This document shows, piece after piece, positions 27,145 through 42,781 of a stretch of DNA of 64,000 bases. The DNA comes from Eledone cirrhosa. Lineage: Eukaryota. The notes below the pieces were generated by a model. That model was not told where the DNA came from. It did no database searches and was given only the letters and a program-made list of their open reading frames with translations. Made by a program: the position numbers and the translations under genes. The stretch's first letter is position 1. Every line of letters starts with the position of its first letter. Where the stretch lies: positions 69,626,001 to 69,690,000 of the forward strand of contig OZ024747.1 of the NCBI GenBank assembly GCA_964016885.1, in the 5' to 3' direction.

Positions 27145-28860
27145 GTCAGGCAAAAGTACCACAGACGCTCTTTTCATTGTACGACAACTACAGGAGAAGT
27201 ACCTAGCTAAAGGTAAGCCCCTCTACTTAGCTTTTCTCGACTTGGAGAAAGCCTTCGACAGAGGACAGAGTCCCCCGCTCCATTATCTGGTGGGCTCTTA
27301 GAAAACTAGGCGTTGACGAATGGCTTGTGAGGGCTATACAAGCCATGTATAAAGAAACAGTCAGCAAGGTTAGAATTAACAACGAATATAGTGAAGAGTT
27401 TAGCGTAAAAGTTGGCGTCCATCAGGGCTCTGTTCTCAGCCCACTACTATTTATTATTGCCCTTCAGGCTATAACAGAGGAGTTCAAGACAGGCTGCCCA
27501 TGGGAACTCCTATACGCAGACGACCTGACACTCATAGCGGAATCAATGGCCGAGCTAGAGAAGAAATTCCAAACATGGAAGCACGGCCTAGAGTCAAAAG
27601 GACTTAAAATTAACCTGGCTAAGACCAAAGTACTAGTTTGTAGGAAAGAAAACAAGGCGGCGGTCCCTTCTGGGAAATGGTCGTGCTCGGTGTGTAGGAA
27701 AGGCGTAGGTAGAAACTCCATTTTATGTCCTAAATGCAAAGTATGGGTGCATAAAAGATGTAGTGGGATCACAGGTAAGCTAACTAAGAACATAGATTTT
27801 ACATGTGGCCGGTGCTCTGGTGCAATAAGTAGCCCACAAAATACTAGCTCTTTCAACTGCGCAGAGGGTTCTATAGAAATAGTGGACAGCTTCCGTTACC
27901 TGGGCGATAAAATCAGCAGTGGGGGAGGGTGCTCTGAAAATACTGTAGCTAGAGTCAGAACTGGTTGGAAAAAGTTCAGAGAGCTTATACCACTATTAGC
28001 TGCTAAAGGGTTCTCACTAAAAATGAAAGGCAGGTTGTACGATGGCTGCATACGAACAGCAATGCTGCATGGCAGTGAGACCTGGGCATTGTGTGCAGAG
28101 GATATACGCAGACTAGAGAGGAACGAAGCTTGCATGCTCCGCTGGATGTGTAACAGTAATATACGTGAACGGCAAAGCATAAACGAACTAAGGAAAAAAT
28201 TAGAGATAAGAGGGATCAGATGTTGTTTACTCGAGAGAAGGCTACGTTGGTATGGACACGTGATGCGCATGAAAGTCGACAGCTGTATAACAAAGTGCAG
28301 GGCAATAAAGATAGACGGTAGTCACGGAATAGGCAGACCTAGAAAAACCTGGGACGAGCTGATAAACTCCGACATCACACACTTACACCTCTCCAAGACA
28401 ATGTCACTGGACCGAGACCTTTGGCGGTACTCAGTAACAGAGAAGACCCGCCTTACCTAAATATACAGTAAAACCTACTCCAGCCAGTAGGCATCTCTAA
28501 CAAAATACACCCCGTCCCACCACCACCACCCCCACCCCATCCACACCACCCCGTTCTATGTAAAGTTATGTTGGTGCCGCGCCATCGAGGCCGAAACAAA
28601 TGAGATCGTGTAGGTGTCACGACAAAAAAACACACAGTCCACGCTGTAATGTGGCCGTGTAGGCAACACGGTAAAAACCTCCCATACCCACACTGTAAAT
28701 GTGGTTGGTGTTAGGAAGGGCATCCAACTGTAGAAAACCTGCCAGACAGTCCTATGCGAGCAAGACAATCACTCTTGCCTCAAGTGGGACTACCCCCGTC
28801 CAAACCCATGCAAGCGTGGAACACGGACGTTAAACGTTGATGATGATGATGATGATGATG

Positions 28861-28862
<2 letters not shown>
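27145..28862 (+). mobile_element. RTE LINE subfamily B, 5'-truncated
   Basis: GKSTTDALF, same 7-bp duplication, GVHQGSVLSP, LYADD, PHD-like finger, stop 28460, 3'UTR, (GAT)n. Confidence 0.95.
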
Positions 28863-28945
<83 letters not shown>

Positions 28946-28961
28946 TATCTATATATATATG

Positions 28962-29013
<52 letters not shown>

Positions 29014-29097
29014 AAGTTATATTTAAAATTGTTGGGTTACAACTAGTAAATATTTATAACTGATATAAAAGCACTCGACAAATATTTGGAGTATATT

Positions 29098-29981
<884 letters not shown>

Positions 29982-29985
29982 GTAT

Positions 29986-31250
<1,265 letters not shown>

Positions 31251-31311
31251 CATAAAAAAATAATAAAAATTATAAAAAATAAACCAAAGAAGCCTTCAAT
31301 ACATCAAAAGT

Positions 31312-31365
31312 CTTTATTAGCCAACAATGTTTCGTCCTATTATGGACTCATCAGGGCAAGTAAAG
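31312..31365 (-). ncRNA. Minimal type I hammerhead ribozyme motif, intact core
   Basis: Minus strand CTTTACTTGCC-CTGATGA-GTCC ataata GGAC-GAA-AC att GT-T-GGCTAATAAAG; lies in an island of about 145 bp between TA arrays. Confidence 0.82.
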
Positions 31366-31423
31366 CTACAAGAAGCTCTATCGGCTAATACAAGCCAATA
31401 TATATATCTATATATATATGTGA

Positions 31424-31456
<33 letters not shown>

Positions 31457-31527
31457 TCTATATATATATATGAATATATATATATATGTGTATATATATA
31501 TATATGTGTATATATATTATATATATA

Positions 31528-31573
<46 letters not shown>

Positions 31574-31599
31574 TATATATATATATACACATATATATA

Positions 31600-31630
<31 letters not shown>

Positions 31631-32981
31631 GTGTATATATATATATATATGTGTGTATATATATATTATATATATATATATACATATATATATAGATATA
31701 TATGGAAATCTACCTATCTTAATTATACAATACAAAAATCTATAATATATTTTGAATAAAGTAATTTTTTTTAATGTGTATTTTAAACGTGCATGTATAT
31801 ATATAAAAAAAAAAAACACCTTCAATTGCTTATTATTTTATATGAGTGTGTGTATATTCACACACACACATAGACAGCCTAGAGTGATTTTGCTTCTGCC
31901 ATGAATTTTGCGCTACTATCAGTGACGCAGCTGTTGCCCCCCTCCTCCTCCTTTGTTATGTTGCTCACTATTTCAATTGTGATTTCACCTTTTCTCTAAT
32001 ATTACTCTATTGTCTCATTCTTACTTCTTAGTGCCATCAAACATTTCTGGCGTGGCTGTCCTAACCCACCAACTTTTCCTCTCTGCGCATCACCTATGCT
32101 CTCTTTATTTTTGCCCCCACTAGTCTATCCGGCCATCTCCCTCACATAGTGTTTGACTCAAACATCTAACATCTAATTAGGTAAGTATTTTCTCCCTGTT
32201 ACATAATTTCACATAAGTTCTACACCGTTTTCATCTCATAAGATACTCCAAGACATTCTTTAATTCTCTGTTGGTAGGGGTTGAATCTATGTCCATTTCG
32301 ACAGACAATGATGGAGTATTTGTATCTGTTGCCAATTTTACATACATATATATGTGTGTATATGTGTATGGATGCATGTGTGTGTACGTCTGTGCATGTG
32401 TGTGTACGTCTGTGTGTGTGTGTGTGTGCATGTACTCATGTTTACTAACTGCCATAGATTTTTCTCAGACGATTCTACACATTGAAAAACTGAGTTCAGT
32501 GAGCAAAGTCAAAATTTCTGTTAAAATTTGTAACTAAAACTGTAACGAATTTAAAACTTATACTAATTTAGAAAATGTTTTAAGCAGATGAATAACACAC
32601 ATAAAGGAACACATAAAAGTGAAATAATACCACAGTATTATGTAAAACTAAGTAAGAAATATATTTAAAAAACACTGCTTTTTTGACTTTGGTCATTAGA
32701 TTGGTCTCTTGCTGGCATACCACATTCGAGGGATTCGAAACATCATAGCAATTCCAGCCCTTGTTTTTCAAGCCTTGTGTTTGATGATATTCTAAAATTC
32801 TTGCCACAGAATCACACAGGTACACTCACATTTCTTCATGTCTGTTCATATAAACACATACACACTTTCCCTTATTTTCTCATCTTTTCCAACAGCGACC
32901 ATCTGAAGAGTTTTAACTGTTTCAACAGTGATTATCCAGTAGAAATATAATTCTCATTCAACAAAATAGTCACCTATTCAT

Positions 32982-33200
32982 GGGTTAAGATATAACCACC
33001 AAATCGCTCTGGTCCACTTTTCTTCTCTCCTCTCTTTCTCTATAACCCCCTCATCTCTCTCTATATATAACCCCCCCTCATCTCTCTCTATATATAATCC
33101 CCTTATCTCTCATCGCTCTCTCTCTATAAACCCCCATCACTCATTTTCTCTCTCCCTCTCTCTCATGCTCTCCATTCGATTTGTGGTTATATCTTAACCC
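32982..33200. mobile_element. MITE-like element with 24-25 bp TIRs
   Basis: GGGTTAAGATATAACCACCAAATCG ... CGATTTGTGGTTATATCTTAACCC around a CT-rich minisatellite. Confidence 0.65.
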
Positions 33201-33277
33201 CAAAATGTTACTATGCAAATAGTATACAGCTACCTTTCACACTGAGAACACTCAAATTTTATGAATAATCATATATA

Positions 33278-33998
33278 TCAGGGAGCTACTGCCACTGATG
33301 GCTGCAAAAGGCTTTTCCCTCAAAATGAAAGGCAGACTGTATGATGCATGTATACGAACAGCAATGTTACATGGTAGTGAGACCTGGGCGCTGTCTGTAG
33401 AAGACTTGCGTAGATTAAAAAGAAATGAAGCCTGCATGCTCCAATGGATGTGTAATAGTAATATACGCGAACGGCAAAGCATAAACGAATTGAGAGAGAG
33501 ACTGAGCATAAGAGGAATCAAATGCTGGGTGAAGGAGAGGAGGTTGTGTTGGTATGGACATGTGATGTGTATGAAGGATGACAGCTGCATAAAAAGGTGC
33601 AGAGCAGTAGAAGTCGATGGAAGCCGCGGAGTGGGGAGACCCAAGAAGACCTGGGAGGAGGTGATAAAAGCCTACCTTACCCAATTGCACCTCTCTGGCA
33701 TCACGCAGTAATACAGAAGACCCGACTTTCCATGGGTACAAGCCGAAGCTGAAGTATATAGATAATATGTCCACAACCCCTCCCACTGTAAAGTGGTCCT
33801 GTAGGCGCCATGGAAAAAAAGCACCCAGCACTCACTGTAAATGAGGTTGGTGTTAGGAAGGGCATCCAGCTGTAGAAATCAAGCTAGAATCAGTTCCCGT
33901 ATGAGCAAGACATGGTCAGCCGACCGGTTACTGCCCACAACAGGACAACCCGTCTAACCCATGCTAGCGTGGAAGAACGGACGTATGATGGTGATGAT
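33278..33998 (+). mobile_element. RTE LINE, A-related diverged 3' fragment
   Basis: RELLPLMAAKGFS...WYGHV...GRPKKTW; A-type 3' end with only one UTR repeat unit. Confidence 0.9.
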
Positions 33999-34012
33999 AT
34001 ATATATATATAT

Positions 34013-34355
34013 ATCATCATTTCATCATCATTTCATTTTACGTCCACTTTTCCCTGCTTGCAAGGGTGGGACGGGAACTGATTCTGGCTTGATTTCTACA
34101 GCTGGATGCCCTTCCTAACACCAACCTCATTTACAGTGAGTGCTGGGTGCTTTTTTGCCGTGGCACCTCCACGACCACTTTGCAGTGGAATGAGAGGGAC
34201 CCCAGTCCTTATCTCATTTCTACAGCTGAGTAAACTGGAGCAATGTGAAATAAAGTGTCTTGCTCAAGGAAACAACACATCACCTGGTCTGAGAATTGAA
34301 CTCACAACCTTTCGATTGCAAGGCCAATGCTCTAACCACTAAGCCATGTGCCTTC
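34013..34355 (-). mobile_element. Full-length CORE-type SINE (short-tail variant), tail-to-tail with the preceding LINE
   Basis: Reverse complement closely matches 23698-24041. Confidence 0.9.
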
Positions 34356-36684
34356 ATATATATATATATATATATAGTAATAATAATAAATTTGAAGACT
34401 AAAATCCAAAGAGGGCTCGATAAGGATAAATATATATCAGATATATAAGAACCGTAGAGCAAATATTTATTATCAACATCCATTTTCCAATAGCATATGC
34501 ATTTATTAGTGACTTTAATGTAACGAAATGTGATGTATCTTGTTTTCTATTTTAATATTTGTGTTTAGAAATTGAGTCACTTTATTGCTAGGTCTTACTT
34601 GCATTGTTTTGCCCTTTTGATGATTAAATAGAAGCAACTTATGCCAAAAAGATAAAACTAGATCACAATGAAGATAGGTGTACATATGAAATTATTAAAC
34701 AAATTATCTATATGTGAAGAGGGAAGAAAGCAATTATTTATTGTATTAACAGCTGAGGTCAGTACATTATATATCAAAGTAGGCAGTAAAAATAGGAGTT
34801 ACATAACTACATATATATCGGAAACTATATGTTCAATTTAAAAGAAATTATGTATGGCATGTTAATTTGAAGGTAACTATGAATAACTATGCCTGTTTGT
34901 ATGTGTGTGAGTGTGTGTTTGTTTTTGTGTGTTTGAAAGTGTTTAACAAATTAACTGCAAGTAGTGGAGAGATGTAATTAGAATAGAAAAACAAATATAT
35001 TGTTTTTACTTTGATCCACTAATTATTATTTGCAATATTATTTCTAAAGTATTTGAACACCAGATCAAGTGTTTGCATAATAAAGGCCAATATTCAAAGT
35101 GAAATGATGATTGCCAATGGGATGAGTACAGTTACCATTTGGCACAATCATGTTAATAAATAGCATGCACTTGACTGGACTATGAATAGGGGTCATGTGT
35201 ATGTCTTGGAATAACTATTTGGAATGTGATTGTCTTAAACAGAGAAAGAAAGACTGGTTGAAGAAGAAGCAAGAATCAAGTATCATTTAAAGTAGACCCC
35301 CGAGAAACATAACAGGTGAAACACCTTAATAACTGGACAATAGTGACAAATTATAACCAAATATTATTTTCCATTGAAGTGCAGCCTTCTTGATTATCAG
35401 AGATCAGAAAGTTTGATAATAATCCAGCATCCAAGGGAATAAGAGTTCTGATCGGAAAACTGATGGCTAACTGTTTGTTGATCCGTGAGGGATATACAAT
35501 GTAATCCAGTGTTTGGCCATGTGTGGGATCAGCTTCTCTCCCGACATTTCCTTTGAGAGGCAAATCAGCTTCAGTGATTCTATTGTAAGCATTTCTTAAT
35601 CTGCTTTTATTTAGCAATAAATGATTCATATCTGTCACATAGCTTTACAGTCGGTCAGTCGGCTGTACAAAGGGCACGACAAATGACTTTAACCCTCAGC
35701 TTTTCATTGGTCACTGCTAACAGAAAAAGAGCTATAAAAATCCTACTCATTCTCTTGTGTCTTTTGTCTTGCTAAGATATGGTGCAGTATTCTAGAAGTG
35801 TGTTTTCATAAACAATGTTGCCATTGTTTTTCATGGCTGACTTGCAGTATTAGTCGAGATATTTTATGCTTTCTTTTTATCAATGCTTTCTTTCTCTGTG
35901 AATTCACTTGAAGGAAACATTCTCTGAAAATGATCATTTTGCAAGCCTTCATTACTTTGGTTGCTCTGATTACTTAGAACTGACGACATGACATGTAAAA
36001 GTATTTATGATCATAGTGAATGTGGATGACCATAGTAATGATAACAGTGATAATATTGGCAGTGGAACTAGTGATGATGTTGGTGGTTATAACTATGGTG
36101 ATGATGATAGTGATGAGGATTAATGTTATTATTGTCAACTGTATGGTGATTATTATCATTATCATTATAATCATCATCATCAATATAATTAAGATATGAT
36201 TAAATTAGTCATTATTACTCTAGTGGCTGGTAATAGCAGTTGAAATATTTACGAATGTGATGTTGCAGATCATGATATTGCTAGTTGGCATAGGTATTGC
36301 TAGTGGTGATATTAATGGTGATAATGAAAACAATGGTGATAGAGCTAGTGTTGACGATAATATGGATGATATTCATTTAAAAAATTTCCACCATCATTGT
36401 TCTGAGCTTTATTGCTTTAACCATATATCTTTTACGATGAAGGTTCGGGTGGGTCGGAATATAACCTACTGCCACTCACTGTAAATCATCACAGATGGGT
36501 AGCAGACATGCTGGGATTTTACTTTAGCATTTCATTTCATGTTTCTCTCTGTGTCCCTCATTAAAAGGTAACTTTTAATTACAACCAACATTCATTTTTC
36601 TCATCTCTCCACATCCCTTACATTACACATGTTAATACTAGAACATAACCATCTTCCTTTTTGTTCCTTAAATTTCATATTAAG

Positions 36685-37500
36685 TATGGTTTCTACAGCT
36701 GCTTGCTCTTCCTATGCAAACCACTTTACAGGGTGTACCAGATGCATTTTATCTTGGCACCTGTACTAATACTATACAAAGTGTACTAAGTGCATTTTTT
36801 CATGGCACCAACACTAGATAGACTGTCAAGTCTATGACAGGACCGAGGGGTCCTCACTAGCCTGTGATTTCTTGCTTTTTATGTGTACTATCATGATATC
36901 AATAATAGAAAGATTGTCTTAAACCATGCAGGCTACAAGATGTACTTTACTCCATGTAATAATTGGCCTCCTGCCATACAGTGCTTGTTCAGGTGGGCAA
37001 ATCACCCAATTTCTTGAGGTCATGTCTCACAACTTCATCCCAAATGTTTCTTGGTTTCCCTCTTTCACAGGTACCATCTATTTCAAGCACTGACTAGTGC
37101 TCTGATGTTCATGCACAGCAACATTAATACACATCCAGCAAAGCATGTGTGCTCAATATCTTTCCAGTCATGGCAAATATTCTATCATGTAGCATCGTAT
37201 TCTGAATACAAGCACCATATAATCTTCCTTTCACTCTGAGAGAGAAACTGTTTATAGTCAGCTGAGGTAAGAGCTCCCTGAATGTCTCCCACCTCATTCT
37301 TGTTCTTGCCACATTATCCACATACTCACCTCTATTGACAGTGAGATCACCTAGATAACAAAAGCTATCTAACAATTCTAATGAACCCTTCTGAATATTT
37401 GAGAGTGCTTATTTCATGAGTACCATTACTGATGACTTCTTCTGTGGTCCTGTCACATATGAAGTGAACCTTTCTGGTCAGCCTACACAGTAGACTCATA
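36685..37500 (-). mobile_element. Old RTE fragment related to families A/B
   Basis: LDSFCYLGD...FRELLPQL...FSLRVKGRLYGAC..MLH; decayed 3'UTR near 36690-36810. Confidence 0.8.
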
Positions 37501-37532
37501 GAAAATGTATATATATTAATATATAATATAAT

Positions 37533-37723
37533 TGTTTTTACTTTTTGGTACAAGGCCAGCAATTACCCCAGTGCATTACTGGTGCTTTATTCTATCGACT
37601 CCGTAAGAATGAAAGGCAAAGCTAACCTTGGCAGGATTTGAACTCAGAATGCAAAGGGCCATAACTCTGTGCTGTAAAGCATGGTGCCTGCTGCTCTACC
37701 AATACTACAAAACTGCCGCCCTA
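37533..37723 (-). mobile_element. Second tRNA-derived SINE family copy with 15-bp TSD
   Basis: B-box-like GAGTTCAAATC and central motif CTTTGCCTTTCAT..GTCGATA on the minus strand; TSD AATATATAATATAAT at 37518-37532 and 37724-37738. Confidence 0.8.
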
Positions 37724-38921
37724 AATATATAATATAATATATGATGTCTTGCTCAGAGAGAACAAAGTGCTTCCACTATATTTTAACTCACCAACCCATT
37801 AACCAGTAGTCCAATATTATATTCACTGAGCTATATTTTTTTACACTCACATATAGAAGTAACATATATGTATACATCATATTAACTAAAACTACTTTTT
37901 TTCCTATATCTAATAAATAAAAATTCTTTTTCCTAATATTGCGTTGCAAATACAAAATCTGTTTTCATTGGCAAACCTTTCCAATTGGCACAATAATTAC
38001 TATTCATGATGGGTGCAAAGCTAATATCTTGATTTAATTGTTACATCATTTTCTCTGCCAATTCTAACATTTCCGGAGAGAGGGAGAAAGAGAGAGCGAG
38101 AGGCAAAACAGAGGCAGACGCAGATAGATAGGGAGACAAATAGAGACAGCAAGAGAAATAGAGAAAGTGAGACAAAGAGAGATTTTTACCAAGGCATCAA
38201 TATAATGATAGCCAAGACATACCAATTAGTGACACTGGAAATGCATCATTAGGATTTTAGGCATTAGACATTAGAATTGTCATCCAGAATTCTCCACAGG
38301 GAGTGTTGTAGAGCAAGTTAAATCAAGATAATTTCCAAGCAAGGAAGAATGTAGAGCTTATGACATCTGCGTAATAAGTTCATTCTTATCAATTAAAGCT
38401 AATCAGAGAAAGAATAGTTTACTGAACCTCACTTCCTAACACTTCTGGTGAAAACTTTGGCCAGTAAAATAACTCAAAATATGTCTCATATTAGAAAATC
38501 TTCATGGTCAATAAGCGTTTGAGACTTCTTATGACTCTATCTATGCTAACTTTTGATGCAATACGCTAACTAGTGAGCTTCTATACAGTTGGTAGCATGA
38601 TCAGCTAAAACAGCAGTCATATCATTCTGGGATAGTGAAGCATTTGATCACAATTTTATTAGACCAGTGTTGATGTAAGTCTTAATTTCTATGTTACATA
38701 ACATTTGATGTAAGTCTTAATTTCCATAACATTTGTCTTGTCTGTTTATTTCAATATTTTACAAGGCATCAATTTAACGTATTGATATACAACCATATAT
38801 ATATGTGTGTATGATTGTTTGTAAACATGGAGAAAGTAGCCACATCGTTTGTGTTCGATCCCATTGCATGGTATCTTGGGTAACTGTCACTTATAGCCAC
38901 TAGAGAGTTCTAGGGAGGACT

Positions 38922-39290
38922 GTGGGAATCAGGAGAATCACTACACACAGGACTAGTCAAAATAATGAACAAAAGTGGGAAGACATACCAACACCGAAAA
39001 AGGCACAGATCCCACACATCTGGTTGAAATATTTAATGGGGAAACATGGTGTACATGCAAAAAAGTTTAATGAGATGCTGACAGAGGCAGAAATAACACC
39101 CATCTGGCTCACTAAGGGAAAATCACCGTTATCCAAGAGTGACATAGAAAACCTCAAAAACTATAGGTCCATAACATGCCTTCCTACAACATACAAGAAC
39201 TTAACTGCAATATTACAAAACTGATTAAGCACCTGGAAAAAGACATTTCCAGAAAATAGAGAGGATGTTGTGAAGGCTCATGGATGATAT
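38922..39290 (+). pseudogene. R4/Dong-like LINE RT fragment
   Basis: WLTKGK...KNYRSITCLPTTYK resembles the WLTxGxT..NYRPITCLPTxYK RT N-terminal motif. Confidence 0.6.
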
Positions 39291-39299
39291 CCAATCATC

Positions 39300-39760
39300 T
39301 TGATCTTGGTCTAGCACTGAAACTCCAGTCGGTTGGCTTTGCCCATACTATCACCAAGCTAGGCACCATATCATGTAACATTACTTCAAAGACCATTCAG
39401 AGGAACCCTATTTTGGTTGCTCATATTCGCAATCATGTTCTTTGAGGCATTACCTTAGATTCATAACACTAGGTAAAAGTAGGCATAAATGCCAAATTGA
39501 AGATAATGAATTTGGTTTTTACACCAACCCTTTCTTCTGTTTCTGAAGCTTCTGTAATTCTTGTACTTAATACAGCTTCCTGCCTTCCATCACTCGTGAC
39601 AACGGCACCACTGAGATATTGCTGAAGTATTTGAACTTCACCTGTTTCAGTGGAACTGCACTCACTTGCAGAGTACATTGTTCAGGTTTTCTTAGGTGGG
39701 TAAATTTCTCATTCTTTGCAGCTCTGATTTTCATTCCTCTCATAATAACAGCTGATCACT
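39300..39760 (-). pseudogene. Unrelated RTE (Rex3/Expander-like) C-terminal relic
   Basis: YLS..VTSDGRQEAVLSTRITEAS...KTKFIIF..FMPTFT pattern. Confidence 0.55.
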
Positions 39761-40775
39761 ATAAATAGTAGAAGAATTTGGGTAATCTACATTTAGAAAC
39801 AAAAAAATTAAACTGTTATGCCAACAAAGAATCAAACCCTGTATCTTTACCATGTGAATGTGTTACTATTACCCAAAGGGGCAACTGGCACTTCCGTCCA
39901 TCTTTTATATAATGCTATACAGTTAGGGGTTAGAGTATAGCTGGATGTAAATAAATATTAAAATTATCAAAGTGCTGGGAATGTTCTAAATTTGAATTTG
40001 AAAAAGTTGAGAGTCAGAATCACAGAATATGACTGTATTCAGTCGATCACTATATATAATAGTTGAGAAAACTGTCTTTAAGGGTAATTTATCCCATTTT
40101 TCAATCTATCATTTATGTTGATTGAAACAAGGTAAAGATGTCTTGAAACAACTATATTATACATCTTTCCTACAAAATTCAGTCTTCTATCTATGTCAGA
40201 ATACAATAAATTATCCAACATTTTATTGCTTGAGTTTATTAATATTCCTGTTTTAAAATCTGCACACATTTTTTATTCCATATTTAATCAGAATTTTTGA
40301 ATAGCCAAATCTAAAGATGTTAGTGCCAACTGAATGAATAATCACAGCCTGCTTTGTCTTTACAACTAGTTCTTTCAGGAAAGCCAATACCAGTGAAATA
40401 AAACAAGTCTTTTGAAATACAGATATTAATCAAGAAACCAAATCACCATGATTCTTTGGTAAGCATATGGTAATCAACTAATCTCTCTCAGAAAAAGAGA
40501 GAGAGGGGAAAGAAAGAGGGAGAGAGTAAGGGAGAGGGAGAGAGGGAAGGAGAGAGAGAGGGAGGGAGAGATGGAGAGAAGGGAGAGGAGAGAAATTACT
40601 GCGTAGAAGTGACATTTTAGCCATTTATAATCAAACAAAAATCGGTTAGTTTTATGTCATGTATATATATTTCATTGTCAACATTTTCGTCACACTCTCT
40701 GTAACCTGACTTGAAAGTTATTTTTTTCATTCACTGCTTATATTTACGAATTAAAAAAATTCTCACACACATTAT

Positions 40776-40911
40776 GGCTAAGTGATGAGTCTTTTTACCC
40801 TGCTCTGGAGTTTCTCCTGTGTACTCCCAGGATCATCAATCAAAACCTGCGTCTGATGATCCTGTGTGTACACAGGTGAAACTCCAGAGTTACAAGTCTC
40901 ATCACTTAGTC
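40776..40911. mobile_element. Fold-back Penelope-like remnant with back-to-back hammerhead motifs
   Basis: Imperfect inverted repeat with arms of about 60 bp; plus-strand CTGATGA-T-CCTGTG tgta CACAGG-T-GAA-ACTC ca GAGT-T at 40853-40891; mirror motif at 40803-40838. Confidence 0.72.
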
Positions 40912-41439
40912 AAGCCATGATATTATTATTAAATTCTACTTTGGTATTGATTATTCAGTCTCACGTCCGTCAATATCACACAGATAAACATCCCCAGCTA
41001 CCTGTAAATGGGGAGTATTTTAGACATTTGTATATTCTGGGTGGCACATTGCATAGATATCCAATTCATTTTCGTTAAAGGATATCACAATACCTACCAG
41101 AAAACGTTATACATATGCACATATATAGTAGATGTCAACTCATTTCTGAATATGACCAATTCTTAGAAAAAAACACATTATTGATGTTATTTGTCACTGA
41201 TATCTCCTCAGATGGTTCATCACACCAGGTAGTGTGCAGGTAAGTTTCCTGCCTGATTTAGATTGATTGGTGTAGCATACTTAGCCCACCTGCAGAGTGA
41301 CACACTTTAGTACAGATGTCACATGCAAAATCAAGGTTTACAGAAATGAAAGATTCTCACAATTGCTTGTGTGGCTCTGTCAGAGTAAAGAGGAAGATTG
41401 CACAAAGCTTGTGTTTGAATTGCTCTGCTATTTCGATAA

Positions 41440-42055
41440 CGATGGCTAGAAAGCAATGAGTTATGCATGTATAATGTTAGCATGACAGTACTTGTGAGTT
41501 GAGAGAAAAGATGACTATGTACAAGAGAGATGTTTTCTCTGCTATGGTTTGCAATGAGAGCAATAAAGAAGTGCTGAGGATTTGAAATAAATGGAAATTA
41601 TGGAAGAAGGAGATAAAGGAAGTCATGGGAGAAAGTTGTGAAAAATTACTTCAAGAAATTGAATTATAGGATTGTGATAAATGGTGACATGCCATTTTAG
41701 AATAGACCCACCCACATGTAAAAGCATGGTGACACTAAATGTGATCGACTGTAGAAGATGCCTTTTAGCTTGCTCTGTACAGGACTAGATGACAAACAAA
41801 CCATATCAACATAGGGTTGAGCGGGTCCTCTGATCCTGTAAAGGATTTGACAACCTTTCTATTGCTTGTGCTTTCATAAAATATACCCATTACATTGTAA
41901 AAGATTAGTGCTAGGAATGGTATCCAGTTGTAGAAACCATGCCAAAATATAAAATATAAGAATAAGATACTGATTATCCAGTGATACCTTGTCTTAGACT
42001 GATGACCACTCTAACTCATGCGTGCATCAAAAACGGATGAATGATCATGATGGTA
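41440..42055 (+). mobile_element. Very old RTE 3' relic
   Basis: Decayed similarity to the RTE C-terminus; gctaggaatggtatccagttgtagaaac and terminal hairpin remnants. Confidence 0.5.
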
Positions 42056-42099
42056 ATAAATACACACACACAACACAAATGTGCATGTGTGTAAAAATA

Positions 42100-42130
<31 letters not shown>

Positions 42131-42297
42131 CTCATTAGAACTGCTACTACTTACAGGAGTGGAGAAGTAGAATGCAATTTCTGTTCAATAGAAATTTTAG
42201 AGAACATGAGATATAAATCAGGTCTAATTGCACAGTGAAATGGCCCTCTGTAAACACAAATTTTCCAGAACCTTCATTAAATTTGCGATTAAATAAT

Positions 42298-42398
42298 TGT
42301 TTCTACTTTAGGCACAAGGCCAGCAATTATCCAGTGTATTACTGGTACTTTATTTTATCGACCCCGTAAGGATGAAAGGCAAAGTTAAACTCGGCGGG
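42298..42398 (-). mobile_element. 5'-truncated second-family SINE with 17-bp flanking direct repeat
   Basis: ATTTGCGATTAAATAAT at 42281-42297 and 42399-42415; body matches 37533-37640. Confidence 0.85.
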
Positions 42399-42781
42399 AT
42401 TTGCGATTAAATAATGAAACTTAAATCACTAATGTAATCCAATGAACTATGTAGACAATTCCTATTGATCTATGTACACTAATTTGTAAATATTAAAGTA
42501 GAATATATTCACAGTATCTATAACATGATTAGCTAACTGCTATTGATACTTTCTTCTATCTTATATTAAGCACCGAATGAATCTCTGTAGGGTATCCTAA
42601 AATATGCATAGTATATACACAAACTGTACAACCGTCTTAAATGCCAATATATAAAAATCCTCCCTACCGGAAAACAATTTCATTCCCAAATTCACAATTC
42701 TAAAAATTTTAAATTCTAAAAATGTTATGAAAATAACATCGAATTTGCTGCTTCTTATATATATATATATATATATATATA

